A stretch of 64,000 bases of DNA. Origin: Eledone cirrhosa. Its lineage: Eukaryota. Under the pieces are notes generated by a model. It was not told the DNA's origin. It did not search any database and saw nothing but the letters and a program-made list of their open reading frames with translations. The position numbers were made by a program, and so were the translations under genes. The stretch's first letter is position 1. Each line of letters opens with the position of its first letter. Positions 36,805-48,611 of the stretch are shown here, one piece after another. Location: contig OZ024740.1 in NCBI GenBank assembly GCA_964016885.1, positions 392,088,001 through 392,152,000 on the forward strand, written 5' to 3'.

Positions 36805-39291
36805 ATCTGTAACACTAACTTCAAAAAACGTGACAATCACCTGATCACCTATAGATCCGGGGAACACACAAGCCAGGTAGATTATATCCTTACCAGAAGA
36901 CGTGACAGAGTGTCTGTTGTTAACACTAAATCCCTCCCCCATGAAGAATGCACCTCCCAACATAGACTGATAATTAGCGACCTCATAGTCAGGACGAGAC
37001 GTACTCGACAACAGAAGAGGACTATCCTCAGGAGGAAAATATGGAAGCTAAAGGACCCCACAGCCAGGAATAAATTTCAAAGCATATTACTTGATGCTTT
37101 CGACAGTAAGGAAGAACATTTAGAGTCGGACAATATAGAGGGAGAGTGGGAATTTCTGAAAGCAAACCTGCTGTTGGCGACAGACGAGGTCTGTGGCTGG
37201 AGCAGGCCTGTAGGCAGGAGGAGAGTAACATGGTGGTGGAACAGTAAGGTGGAGGGGTCAATTAAGGCCAAAAAGCAGGCTTGGAAAGTATGGCGGGATG
37301 GGGGAAGTAGAGAGGACTATCAAGTGGCCAGGAGGGAAGCTAGGAGACAAGTGTACTTAGCAAGAAGGGAAGCTGAGGAAAGAAAGTTCAAGCATGTTCT
37401 ACAACGCGATGACCAAAAACGTGAGGTGTTCAGGATTGCTAGGCAATGCGTCAAGGAAAACCGTGATATTGTCGGGGAGAAGTGTGTACTAAACGACGAT
37501 GGCACACTTGCCATCACCGACGCTGATAAGAAGGTAGCTTGGAAGTGTCACTATGAAAGGCTTCTAAATGAGGAGAATAATTGGGAGAAAGGCAGTCTCC
37601 CCCATATCGACCCAATAGAGGGACCAGCAGTGTTAGTCGAGGGGAGTATAATAAGTAAGGCAATCAAGGATATGAAGACTGGTAAGGCGGCTGGGCCTTC
37701 GGAAATAGTTGCTGAGATGCTGAAGGCATCTGGCACGGTGGGACACACCATGGTCACCCGCATAGTTAACCAAGTCGTACAAAACGGGGTTGTTCCGAAG
37801 GACTGGCATAGCAGCATCATCGTTAACTGTTATAAGGGTAAAGGAGACGCCCTAGATAGGAGTAACTATAGAGGCATTAAATTAATCGACCAGGTCATGA
37901 AGGTCACGGAAAGAGTAATAGCGCAACTAATCAGAGAGAGAATTGACCTAGATGAAATGCAGTTCGGGTTTGTGTCAGGCAAAAGTACCACAGACGCTCT
38001 TTTCATAGTACGACAACTACAAGAGAAGTACCTAGCTAAAGGTAAACCCCTCTACTTAGCTTTTGTCGACTTGGAGAAAGCCTTCGACAGAGTCCCCCGC
38101 TCCATTATCTGGTGGGCTCTTAGAAAACTAGGCGTTGACGAATGGCTTGTGAGGGCTATACAAGCCATGTATAAAGAAACAGTCAGCAAGGTTAGAATTA
38201 ACAACGAATATAGTGAAGAGTTTAGCGTAAAAGTCGGCGTCCATCAGGGCTCTGTTCTCAGTCCACTACTATTTATTATTGCCCTTCAGGCCATAACAGA
38301 GGAGTTCAAGACAGGCTGCCCATGGGAACTCCTATACGCAGACGACCTGACACTCATAGCGGAATCAATGGCCGAGCTAGAGAAGAAATTCCAAACATGG
38401 AAGCACGGCCTAGAGTCAAAAGGACTTAAAATTAACCTGGCTAAGACCAAAGTACTAGTTTGTAGGAAAGAAAACAAGGCGGCGGTCCCTTCTGGGAAAT
38501 GGTCGTGCTCGGTGTGTAGGAAAGGCGTAGGTAGAAACTCCATTTTATGTCCTAAATGCAAAGTATGGGTGCATAAAAGATGTAGTGGGATCACAGGTAG
38601 GCTAACTAAGAACATAGATTTTACATGTGGCCGGTGCTCTGGTGCAATAAGTAGCAGCAAGTGCCCACAAACTACTAGCTCTTTCAATTGCGCAGAGGGT
38701 TCTATAGAAATAGTGGACAGCTTCCGTTACCTGGGCGATAAAATCAGCAGTGGGGGAGGGTGCTCTGAAAGTACTGTAGCTAGAGTCAGAACTGGTTGGA
38801 AAAAGTTCAGAGAGCTTATACCACTATTAGCTGCTAAAGGGTTCTCACTAAAAATGAAAGGCAGGTTGTACGATGCCTGCATACGAACAGCAATGCTGCA
38901 TGGCAGTGAGACCTGGGCATTGTGTGCAGAGGATATACGCAGACTAGAGAGGAACGAAGCTTGCATGCTCCGCTGGATGTGTAACAGTAATATACGTGAA
39001 CGGCAAAGCATAAACGAACTAAGGAATAAATTAGAGATAAGAGGGATCAGATGTTGTTTACTCGAGAGAAGGCTACGTTGGTATGGACACGTGATGCGCA
39101 TGAAAGTCGATAGCTGTATAACAAAGTGCAGGGCAATAAAGATAGACGGTAGTCACGGAATAGGCAGACCTAGAAAAACCTGGGACGAGCTGATAAACTC
39201 CGACATCACACACTTACACCTCTCCAAGACAATGTCACTGGACCGAGACCTTTGGCGGTACTCAGTAACAGAGAAGACCCGCCTTACCTAA
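36805..39291 (+). CDS. RTE ORF2, partial: C-terminal part of AP endonuclease (ITYRSG, QVDYIL, SQHRL), RT (NYRGIKL, QFGF, FVDLEKAFD, QGSVLSPLLF, YADD, YLG) with an internal PHD finger, RTE C-terminus
   Basis: 793-aa ORF in the track plus 35 in-frame upstream codons (ICNTNFKKRDNHLITYRSGEHTSQVDYIL); no true start codon because of 5' truncation. Confidence 0.95.
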   Translation: MCNTNFKKRDNHLITYRSGEHTSQVDYILTRRRDRVSVVNTKSLPHEECTSQHRLIISDLIVRTRRTRQQKRTILRRKIWKLKDPTARNKFQSILLDAFDSKEEHLESDNIEGEWEFLKANLLLATDEVCGWSRPVGRRRVTWWWNSKVEGSIKAKKQAWKVWRDGGSREDYQVARREARRQVYLARREAEERKFKHVLQRDDQKREVFRIARQCVKENRDIVGEKCVLNDDGTLAITDADKKVAWKCHYERLLNEENNWEKGSLPHIDPIEGPAVLVEGSIISKAIKDMKTGKAAGPSEIVAEMLKASGTVGHTMVTRIVNQVVQNGVVPKDWHSSIIVNCYKGKGDALDRSNYRGIKLIDQVMKVTERVIAQLIRERIDLDEMQFGFVSGKSTTDALFIVRQLQEKYLAKGKPLYLAFVDLEKAFDRVPRSIIWWALRKLGVDEWLVRAIQAMYKETVSKVRINNEYSEEFSVKVGVHQGSVLSPLLFIIALQAITEEFKTGCPWELLYADDLTLIAESMAELEKKFQTWKHGLESKGLKINLAKTKVLVCRKENKAAVPSGKWSCSVCRKGVGRNSILCPKCKVWVHKRCSGITGRLTKNIDFTCGRCSGAISSSKCPQTTSSFNCAEGSIEIVDSFRYLGDKISSGGGCSESTVARVRTGWKKFRELIPLLAAKGFSLKMKGRLYDACIRTAMLHGSETWALCAEDIRRLERNEACMLRWMCNSNIRERQSINELRNKLEIRGIRCCLLERRLRWYGHVMRMKVDSCITKCRAIKIDGSHGIGRPRKTWDELINSDITHLHLSKTMSLDRDLWRYSVTEKTRLT

Positions 39292-39686
39292 ATATATAGT
39301 AAAACCTACTCCAGCCAGTAGGCATCTCTAACAAATACACCCCGTCCCACCACCCCCACCCGATCCACACCACCCCGTTCTATGTAAAGTTATGTTGGTG
39401 CCGCGCCATCGAGGCCGAAACAAATGAGATCGTGTAGGTGTCACGACAAAAAAACACACAGTCCACGCTGTAATGTGGCCGTGTAGGCAACACGGTAAAA
39501 ACCTCCCAGACCCACACTGTAAATGTGGTTGGTGTTAGGAAGGGCATCCAACTGTAGAAAACCTGCCAGACAGTCCTATGCGAGCAAGACAATCACTCTT
39601 GCCTCAAGTGGGACTACCCCCGTCCAAACCCATGCAAGCGTGGAACACGGACGTTAAACGTTGATGATGATGATGATGATGATGAT
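36805..39686 (+). mobile_element. Young 5'-truncated RTE-clade LINE
   Basis: Uninterrupted frame from 36805 to the stop at 39291, then 3' UTR and (GAT)n tail; (TA)n on both sides. Confidence 0.97.
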
Positions 39687-39755
39687 ATATATATATAATA
39701 AATAAATAAATAAATATATATATATATATATTATATATATATATATAATAAATAA

Positions 39756-39783
<28 letters not shown>

Positions 39784-39786
<3 letters not shown>

Positions 39787-39972
39787 ATTGTTTCTACTTT
39801 AGACACAAGGCCAGCAATTACCCAGTGCATTACTGGTACTTTATTTTATCGACCCCATAAGGATGAAAGGCAAAGTCAACCTCGGCGGGATTTGAACTCA
39901 GACCGTAAAGGGACGTAACTATGCTGGAAAGCATGACGTCCGACCCTCTACCGATACTGCCAATCCACCGCC
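39784..39972 (-). mobile_element. SINE family 2 copy (young)
   Basis: Near-identical to 43096-43303. Confidence 0.9.
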
Positions 39973-40466
39973 CTTATATATATATATAATGCATGTGGAT
40001 GTGTATACATTAGTTAAGACTAGTGTGTGAGCATGTGGTGGTGGTGACGTTTGTGATCTATAGAGACTTTACTACCTACTATAAGCTATGAAAGTATATA
40101 ATAAATTTATTTCTGTATAAATACCATACAGTACTGGGGTTGATTCTTCCTCTAAAGAAAAAGTTGGCTGTGTTCAGACTTGGAGAGATTTGGGCTCCAC
40201 CAGGTTTAAATGTGCCCTAGACATGCCATATGACAGAGCCTCTATGACTTCACAAGGAGTTATGGGATTTTATCCTCATAAATACTATACAGAAGCAGAC
40301 AAAACTTTGTAACTCTATGGATTACCCTGTATAATCTGAAAAATTATAAATATTTTGAATCAGTTTTTGAATTTGACATACACACGTCTATATACTCAAT
40401 GTCAAAATTTATATATACATTTATGCAGTATCAGTCACCTCTGTACTGTATATATACTGATATAAA

Positions 40467-40509
<43 letters not shown>

Positions 40510-40716
40510 ATGGATGCAGTAAAAACCTGCTAGACCATTAATCACCAGAATACTCGATACTTGGGGTAGTAGAGTGTGGTAATATGAATTTATGACCCCC
40601 GACAGCTGAGCTGCTGCTGTTTTAACAGCTATTTCTGAACTCAGAAATAGCTGTTGAAATGGCAGAAGCTCAGCCGTCAGGGTCCTGAATCCCTCATATA
40701 TATATATATGCCTTTT

Positions 40717-42340
40717 ATCTTGAGGGGTATCTGTCAAATGCTTTCTCTAGAACCATGAATGCTAAGTAGAGAGGCTTGCTTTTAGCTAAGTACTTCCCCT
40801 GTAGTTGCTTCAAAAGGAAGAGGAATTCAGTGGTGCTTTTTCCTGGCACAAATCCAAACTGCATCTCATCTAAGTGTATATTATCTCTAATCAGTTGCAT
40901 GACTCTTTCTGTAACTTTCATGACCAGGTCTATCAACTTGATGCCTCTGTAGGGCATCTCCTTTTCCCTTACATAATAATGATGCTGCTATGCCAGTCAT
41001 TGGGTTTGACACCATTCTGTATTACTTGGTTTATGACACGGGTAGTTAAGGTGTGCCCTACCATCCCATATGCTTTCAGCATCTCAGCAACTATTCCCCG
41101 ATCGTCCAGCTGCTTTTCCTGTCTTCATATCACTTATTGCCATACTACACTGATGCTGACTTGTACAGCAGGTCCCTCTGTTGGGTTCATTTAGGCAGGC
41201 AGTCTTCCTTCCATGCATTCTCCTCATTCATCAGTCTCTTGTTATGGCATTTGCATGCAACTGTCTTTTCAGTGTTGGTGAGAGCAAGTGCGCCATTGTC
41301 ATCATGGACACACCTCTCCTCGACAGCATCGCAGTTTTCTCTGACACATTGCTTCACAGTTCTGAATATCTCACACTTTTGGTCCTCGCATTGTAAAACA
41401 TGCTTAAACTTTTCATTTTCTGCTTCTCTCCTTGTCAAGTATACTTGCTGACAAGCCTCTTGGTAATGATAACTGCTTCCTCATTTTGCCATTTTCTCCA
41501 TGCCTGTTTCATGGCCTTAACTGTAGTATCTACCCTAGTATTCCACTACTAAGTCACTCTACTTCTCCCTGAGGTCCTACTCCATCAGCAAATCTCATTT
41601 GTGACTTTCAGCAGATTATCTCTTAGGAACTTCCACTGCTCCTCTATATTGTATGTCTCTATTTCTTTTTCCTTACTGTCAAAAGCAGCAAGCAAGATTC
41701 TCCTAAATATTTTACCAGCTGAGGTCTCCTTCAACTTCCATATCCGTCTCCTCCAGGTTGCCCTCTGTATCTGGATCTGTCTAGTCCTAGCTACTAGGTT
41801 ATGTTGAGGGGTGTATTCCTCATCTGGGATACTTTTTGTGTTTACAAGTGTTGCTCTTTCTTGTCTTCTGGTCAAAATATAGTCTATTTGACTGGTGTGC
41901 TCACCTGATCTATAGGTGATCAGTTGGTTTGCTGGGTTCTTAAAATTTGTGTTGCAGATAACCAGTTCATTGGTGTCACAGAATTCCAGGAGTCTCGATC
42001 CTTCCTCATTTCTTGTGCTAAACCCAAAACCTCCGTGAACCCCATAGTAGCTGTTGTATTGTTGCCTGACATACCCATTAAAGTCACCTGCAATAATAGT
42101 GAAGTTGCCGTTCCTAGTTTGGGAGGTAGCATGTATTAATGATTTGCCGAACTTGTCATTTTGTTCATCTGGCAGTCCGGATTGGGGTGCATAAACCGAC
42201 TTGATTGTTACTGTTGTTCTATTTAGGACGTGTCTAAGTATAATGATTTTGTCGTTTATTTTATTTACTGCAATTACCTTGTTCACCCACTTCTCTGCTA
42301 GCATAATACCTACTCCACCTTGCCCACTGCTGTTTTCTTT
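40717..42340 (-). pseudogene. Decayed RTE ORF2 fragment (APE plus RT N-terminus)
   Basis: GGVGIML, SVYAPQ, IAGDFNG, SQIDYIL, YRGIKL, QFGF and LEKAFDR across several frameshifts. Confidence 0.92.
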
Positions 42341-42556
42341 CTTATACCGGGCAATGCCTGGATATTTTATGAAAGTAATAATATTTTGACACATATTACA
42401 AAATATTTGACTAAAAATATAGGATTACTATATTTTCACTCAAGTAGGAATTGTAGCAGAATTTTTATTGTCGTTTGTTCAATGCAAGTCATCTAGATAA
42501 AAATATTAGTTCTGTCCAGTAATGTTCTTTTGAATACTACTCCCTTTTACAGTCAG

Positions 42557-43087
42557 TCATCATCATCATCATCATCAACGTTTAACGTCCGTGTTCCACG
42601 CTTGCATGGGTTTGGACGGGGGTAGTCCCACTTGAGGCAAGAGTGATTGTCTTGCTCGCATAGGACTGTCTGGCAGGTTTTCTACAGTTGGATGCCCTTC
42701 CTAACACCAACCACATTTACAGTGTGGGTCTGGGAGGTTCTTTACCGTGTTGCCTACACGGCCACATTACAGCGTGGACTGTGTGTTTTTTTGTCGTGAC
42801 ACCTACACGATCTCATTTGTTTCGGCCTCGATGGCGCGGCACCAACATAACTTTACATAGAACGGGGTGGTGTGGATGGGGTGGGGGTGGTGGTGGTGGT
42901 GGGACGGGGTGTATTTTGTTAGAGATGCCTACTGGTTGTAGTAGGTTTTACTATATATTTAGGTAAGGCGGGTCTTCTCTGTTACTGAGTACCGCCAAAG
43001 GTCTCGGTCCAGTGACATTGTCTTGGAGAGGTGTAAGTGTGTGAGGTCGGAGTTTATCAGCTCGTCCCAGGTTTTTCTAGGTCTGCC
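42557..43087 (-). mobile_element. Short 5'-truncated RTE copy, nearly identical to 39142-39686
   Basis: IDGRHGIGRPRKTWDELINSDL...EKTRLT*, UTR, (GAT)n. Confidence 0.94.
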
Positions 43088-43095
43088 TATTCCGT

Positions 43096-43303
43096 GCCTA
43101 CCGTCTATATATATAATAATTGTTTCTACTTTAGGCACAAGGCCAGCAATTACCCAGTGCATTACTGGTACTTTATTTTATCGACCCCCGTAAGGATGAA
43201 AGGCAAAGTAAACCTCGGCGGGTTTTGAACTCAGACCGTAAAGGGACGTAACTATGCTGGAAAGCATGGCGTCCGACTCTCTACCGATACTGCCAATCCA
43301 CCA
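43096..43303 (-). mobile_element. SINE family 2 copy (young)
   Basis: Full A/B boxes and body. Confidence 0.9.
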
Positions 43304-43499
43304 CCGATCAGTATATATAATAATGCTTTGCCCATACATGAATTAGGTATGTTGTTAATGAAAAGGGCATAACCAAAAAATAAATTTGGGATATTTTTTT
43401 TTTTTTTTTGCACAATCAGAATCTCTGAAATTCAAAACAAAACATCTGAGGGCTATTTTGAAAACTATAAATTGTCTATGGGCAGCCCCTCTCCTCAAA

Positions 43500-46400
43500 C
43501 TGTTAGGTTTGCAGAATTGCCTCCATGTCCTGGTCTATGCCTATGGTAAAGGGGACAGCCATCATTGTCAGTCTGAGTTTACTGAATAAAGTTCTAGGAT
43601 GATTCTGCTGCATTTTTGATCTTGCATGCAGGGTGAGGCTGGATTGATGCCTCCACATGGACCATGGATGAGAGGCTGGATTGGTGCCTCCACAGGGACC
43701 ATGGATGAGAGGCTGGGTTGATGACTCCACAGGGACCATGGATGAGAGGCTGGGTTGATGCCTCCACATGGACCATGGATGAGAGGCTGGGTTGATGACT
43801 CCACAGGGACCATGGATGGGAGGCTGGATTGATGCCTCCACAGGGACCATGGATGAGAGGCTGGGTTGATGCCTCCACATGGACCATGGATGAGAGGCTG
43901 GGTTGATGACTCCACAGGGACCATGGATGAGAGGCTGGGTTGATGCCTCCACATGGACCATGAATGAGAGGCTGGGTTGATGACTCCACATGGACCATGG
44001 ATGAGAGGCTGGGTTGATGACTCCACAGGGACCATGGATGAGAGGCTGGGTTGATGACTCCACATGGACCATGGATGAGAGGCTGGGTTGATGACTCCAC
44101 AGGGACCATGGATGAGAGGCTGGGTTGATGACTCCACAGGGACCATGGATGAGAGGCTGGGTTGATGACTCCACATGGACCATGGATGAGAGGCTGGGTT
44201 GATGACTCCACAGGGACCATGGATGAGAGGCTGGGTTGATGACTCCACAGGGACCATGGATGAGAGGCTGGGTTGATGACTCCACATGGACCATGGATGA
44301 GAGGCTGGGTTGATGACTCCACAGGGACCATGGATGAGAGGCTGGGTTGATGACTCCACATGGACCATGGATGAGAGGCTGGGTTGATGACTCCACATGG
44401 ACCATGGATGAGAGGCTGGGTTGATGCCTCCACATGGACCATGGATGAGAGGCTGGATTGATGCCTCCACATGGACCATGGATGAGAGGCTGGGTTGATG
44501 ACTCCACAGGGACCATGGATGAGAGGCTGGGTTGATGACTCCACATGGACCATGGATGAGAGGCTGGATTGATGACTCCACATGGACCATGGATGAGAGG
44601 CTGGGTTGATGACTCCACAGGGACCATGGATGAGAGGCTGGGTTGATGACTCCACATGGACCATGGATGAGAGGCTGGGTTGATGCCTCCACATGGACCA
44701 TGGATGAGAGGCTGGGTTGATGACTCCACAGGGACCATGGATGAGAGGCTGGGTTGATGACTCCACAGGGACCATGGATGAGAGGCTGGGTTGATGACTC
44801 CACAGGGACCATGGATGAGAGGCTGGGTTGATGCCTCCACAGGGACCATGGATGAGAGGCTGGGTTGATGACTCCACAGGGACCATGGATGAGAGGCTGG
44901 GTTGATGACTCCACATGGACCATGGATGAGAGGCTGGGTTGATGACTCCACATGGACCATGGATGAGAGGCTGGATTGATGACTCCACATGGACCATGGA
45001 TGAGAGGCTGGGTTGATGACTCCACAGGGACCATGGATGAGAGGCTGGGTTGATGACTCCACAGGGACCATGGATGAGAGGCTGGGTTGATGACTCCACA
45101 TGGACCATGGATGAGAGGCTGGATTGATGACTCCACATGGACCATGGATGAGAGGCTGGGTTGATGACTCCACAGGGACCATGGATGAGAGGCTGGGTTG
45201 ATGACTCCACATGGACCATGGATGAGAGGCTGGATTGATGCCTCCACATGGACCATGGATGAGAGGCTGGATTGATGACTCCACATGGACCATGGATGAG
45301 AGGCTGGGTTGATGACTCCACAGGGACCATGGATGAGAGGCTGGGTTGATGCCTCCACATGGACCATGGATGAGAGGCTGGGTTGATGACTCCACAGGGA
45401 CCATGGATGAGAGGCTGGGTTGATGACTCCACAGGGACCATGGATGAGAGGCTGGGTTGATGACTCCACAGGGACCATGGATGAGAGGCTGGGTTGATGC
45501 CTCCACAGGGACCATGGATGAGAGGCTGGGTTGATGACTCCACAGGGACCATGGATGAGAGGCTGGGTTGATGACTCCACATGGACCATGGATGAGAGGC
45601 TGGGTTGATGACTCCACATGGACCATGGATGAGAGGCTGGATTGATGACTCCACATGGACCATGGATGAGAGGCTGGGTTGATGACTCCACAGGGACCAT
45701 GGATGAGAGGCTGGGTTGATGACTCCACAGGGACCATGGATGAGAGGCTGGGTTGATGACTCCACATGGACCATGGATGAGAGGCTGGATTGATGACTCC
45801 ACATGGACCATGGATGAGAGGCTGGGTTGATGACTCCACAGGGACCATGGATGAGAGGCTGGGTTGATGACTCCACATGGACCATGGATGAGAGGCTGGA
45901 TTGATGCCTCCACATGGACCATGGATGAGAGGCTGGATTGATGACTCCACATGGACCATGGATGAGAGGCTGGGTTGATGACTCCACAGGGACCATGGAT
46001 GAGAGGCTGGGTTGATGACTCCACATGGACCATGGATGAGAGGCTGGGTTGATGACTCCACAGGGACCATGGATGAGAGGCTGGGTTGATGACTCCACAT
46101 GGACCATGGATGAGAGGCTGGATTGATGACTCCACATGGACCATGGATGAGAGGCTGGGTTGATGCCTCCACATGGACCATGGATGAGAGGCTGGGTTGA
46201 TGACTCCACATGGACCATGGATGAGAGGCTGGATTGATGACTCCACATGGACCATGGATGAGAGGCTGGGTTGATGACTCCACATGGACCATGGATGAGA
46301 GGCTGGATTGATGCCTCCACATGGACCATGGATGAGAGGCTGGATTGATGACTCCACATGGACCATGGATGAGAGGCTGGGTTGATGACTCCACATGGAC

Positions 46401-48530
46401 CATGGATGAGAGGCTGGGTTGATGACTCCACATGGACCATGGATGAAAGGCTGGATTGATGACTCCACATGGACCATGGATGAGAGGCTGGGTTGATGAC
46501 TCCACAGGGACCATGGATGAGAGGCTGGATTGATGACTCCACATGGACCATGGATGAGAGGCTGGATTGATGACTCCACATGGACCATGGATGAGAGGCT
46601 GGGTTGATGACTCCACAGGGACCATGGATGAGAGGCTGGGTTGATGACTTCACATGGACCATGGATGAGAGGCTGGGTTGATGCCTCCACATGGACCATG
46701 GATGAGAGGCTGGGTTGATGCCTCCACAGGGACCATGGATGAGAGGCTGGGTTGATGCCTCCACAGGGACCATGGATGAGAGGCTGGGTTGATGCCTCCA
46801 CATGGACCATGGATGAGAGGCTGGATTGATGCCTCCACATGGACCATGGATGAGAGGCTGGGTTGATGCCTCCACAGGGACCATGGATGAGAGGCTGGGT
46901 TGATGACTTCACATGGACCATGGATGAGAGGCTGGGTTGATAACTCCACAGGGACCATGGATGAGAGGCTGGGTTGATGACTCCACAGGGACCATGGATA
47001 AGAGGCTGGGTTGATGACTTCAAAGAGCTCTGGATCACCATCTTTATCAGGCAACTCTGCTGAAATGATCTTAACAACATCTGGTCTTATCTTCTTCTTG
47101 CACCAGATTAGTGTGTGAGAGCGATGAAGTCCTCTCTTCTGCCATTCAATAGTGGTCATCCAGGCACTAAGCTCACCAAAGATTCCTCCTTCTTTTAAGA
47201 GTCGAAGGTAGTGTTGATCCTTCGATTTTTGATTTTTGAAATAGTTCATTGGATATTTCTGTCCAGTTTAAGTTGCATGTAAATGTAATGAAGAGATTTA
47301 GCCAACCAAATTTTCTGACATAGACCATTGCATCTTGTGTATGTTCACATGTATAATGCAGTCCTCCTTTGAAGCTCGATGGCAGTATAATTTGCTGGCC
47401 AATATTTTTTAGGTTACCATCAGAATTGATGGCATCTCTAATGTGGATGTAGTTCTCTGCCCTCAACTTTTTTGATTCCATTGCAAGAAACCTAATCTTT
47501 TTGTTTCAAAATTTGGCAAACATGTCCACAATGAAGAGGCTGGTTACTTCTTTGAATCACAGAACTTGGTTGAAATGATCCTGTACCATGAAATAATAGG
47601 CATAGAATTCTTTGCAGCTGATTGAGCATCCAGTTTCTTGTCCTGTTCCTGGATTGATCTGCTATAGCTGAAAATAATATACATCTTGACCATTCCAGAA
47701 GATGAGCAGATATTGGAGTGAGTCATAGGCTCTATGAGTTTCACATATTCGCTCCAAATGTCCACTTCGTTTTTGCAAAATAATGTCATTCATGTTGTTC
47801 ATCAACCATTATGATTGCAACTTCATCAGTGCATTGAACCTGTCTTCATGTTCTGAATCTGGGCATATGTCTGCTCTGATGATGATTTAGTGATCCTGGT
47901 ATTGTTTATGTGCTCTAGTGCATATTTAAATATACTGACTGGTATGTAATGTTGCTGAAGCATTTCTTGTAACTTCATGACTATGTAGCACTGCAATCAT
48001 GGACATTGATTCATCTTTGTTTTGCCTTTGTTTAATTTCCACCAATGAAGTAACCCTGCACAAATTTGTGATGTTTCTGTGGAAGTAGCATGAGGCCACC
48101 ATTAAGTGGCAGCACTGTCCCTGAATTTTATAAGTTGTGTTGAATCGAAAGTCTGTCACATTCCTGTCAACTCCAAAATATGTTATTTGAAAGGCAGAGT
48201 TGTATTTTTGGATGTATTTATTGAAGTGTTATCCCTCTGGTGTATCCTGGGGAAACTGATCCTTCAGAAATTCATGAGGCTTTTGTATTGTTTGAAGGTT
48301 GACTTTGCCTTTTGAGCAGCATAGACCTTGGGTTTCTGCTGCCCACTTCTTGTCACCGCAATGTTGGCAGCGTTTGTCCATTTCCCAATGTTGATTTGTT
48401 TGTGGATTGCTGCTGTAGTCGTTTTGGGACTTCATAATAAAAAGCACCCATCAACCAGTTCGTATTATTTGTTGCTTCTGCTTGGGCAGGAGAATGATGT
48501 GCTTCATCAGCATTTTGTCTAATTTGACAC
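43500..48530 (-). mobile_element. Decayed Helitron Rep/helicase gene (N-terminal Zn motif and Rep domain; helicase not seen), interrupted by a minisatellite
   Basis: CQHCGDKKW...CCSKGKV, YKIQGQ, KLRAENY, ILPSSFKGG, DAMVYVRKFG..LFITFTCN, IEWQKRGLHRSH, IISAELPD, IHGPCG..NPASPCM; many frameshifts. Confidence 0.9.
43635..47022. repeat. 37-bp minisatellite, 91 full units plus a partial unit (GAGGCTGGRTTGATGMCTCCACAKGGACCATGGATGA)
   Basis: The first unit starts at 43635 and the last partial unit at 47002; 3367 = 91 x 37 exactly, so no net indel. Confidence 0.98.
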
Positions 48531-48552
48531 TGTTTCTCAATTTGCTGTTTTA

Positions 48553-48611
48553 AATAAAGTACCAGTAATGCACTGGGTAATTGCTGGCCTTGTGCCTAAC
48601 GTAGAAACAAT
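48553..48611 (+). mobile_element. SINE family 2 tail fragment
   Basis: AAATAAAGTACCAGTAATGCACTGGGTAATTGCTGGCCTTGTGCC. Confidence 0.75.

Noticed and set aside
43635-43708. Tandem hammerheads in the satellite (TGATGA followed by a short hairpin)
   Set aside because: No CUGA and no GAAA core strand in the unit.
43635-47022. CRISPR array (37-bp repeats)
   Set aside because: Units are head-to-tail with no unique spacers, there are no cas genes, and the context is eukaryotic.
43503-47080. 1040-1170-aa ORFs as host genes
   Set aside because: They arise in all three frames from a stop-free 37-bp unit inside a decayed Helitron.
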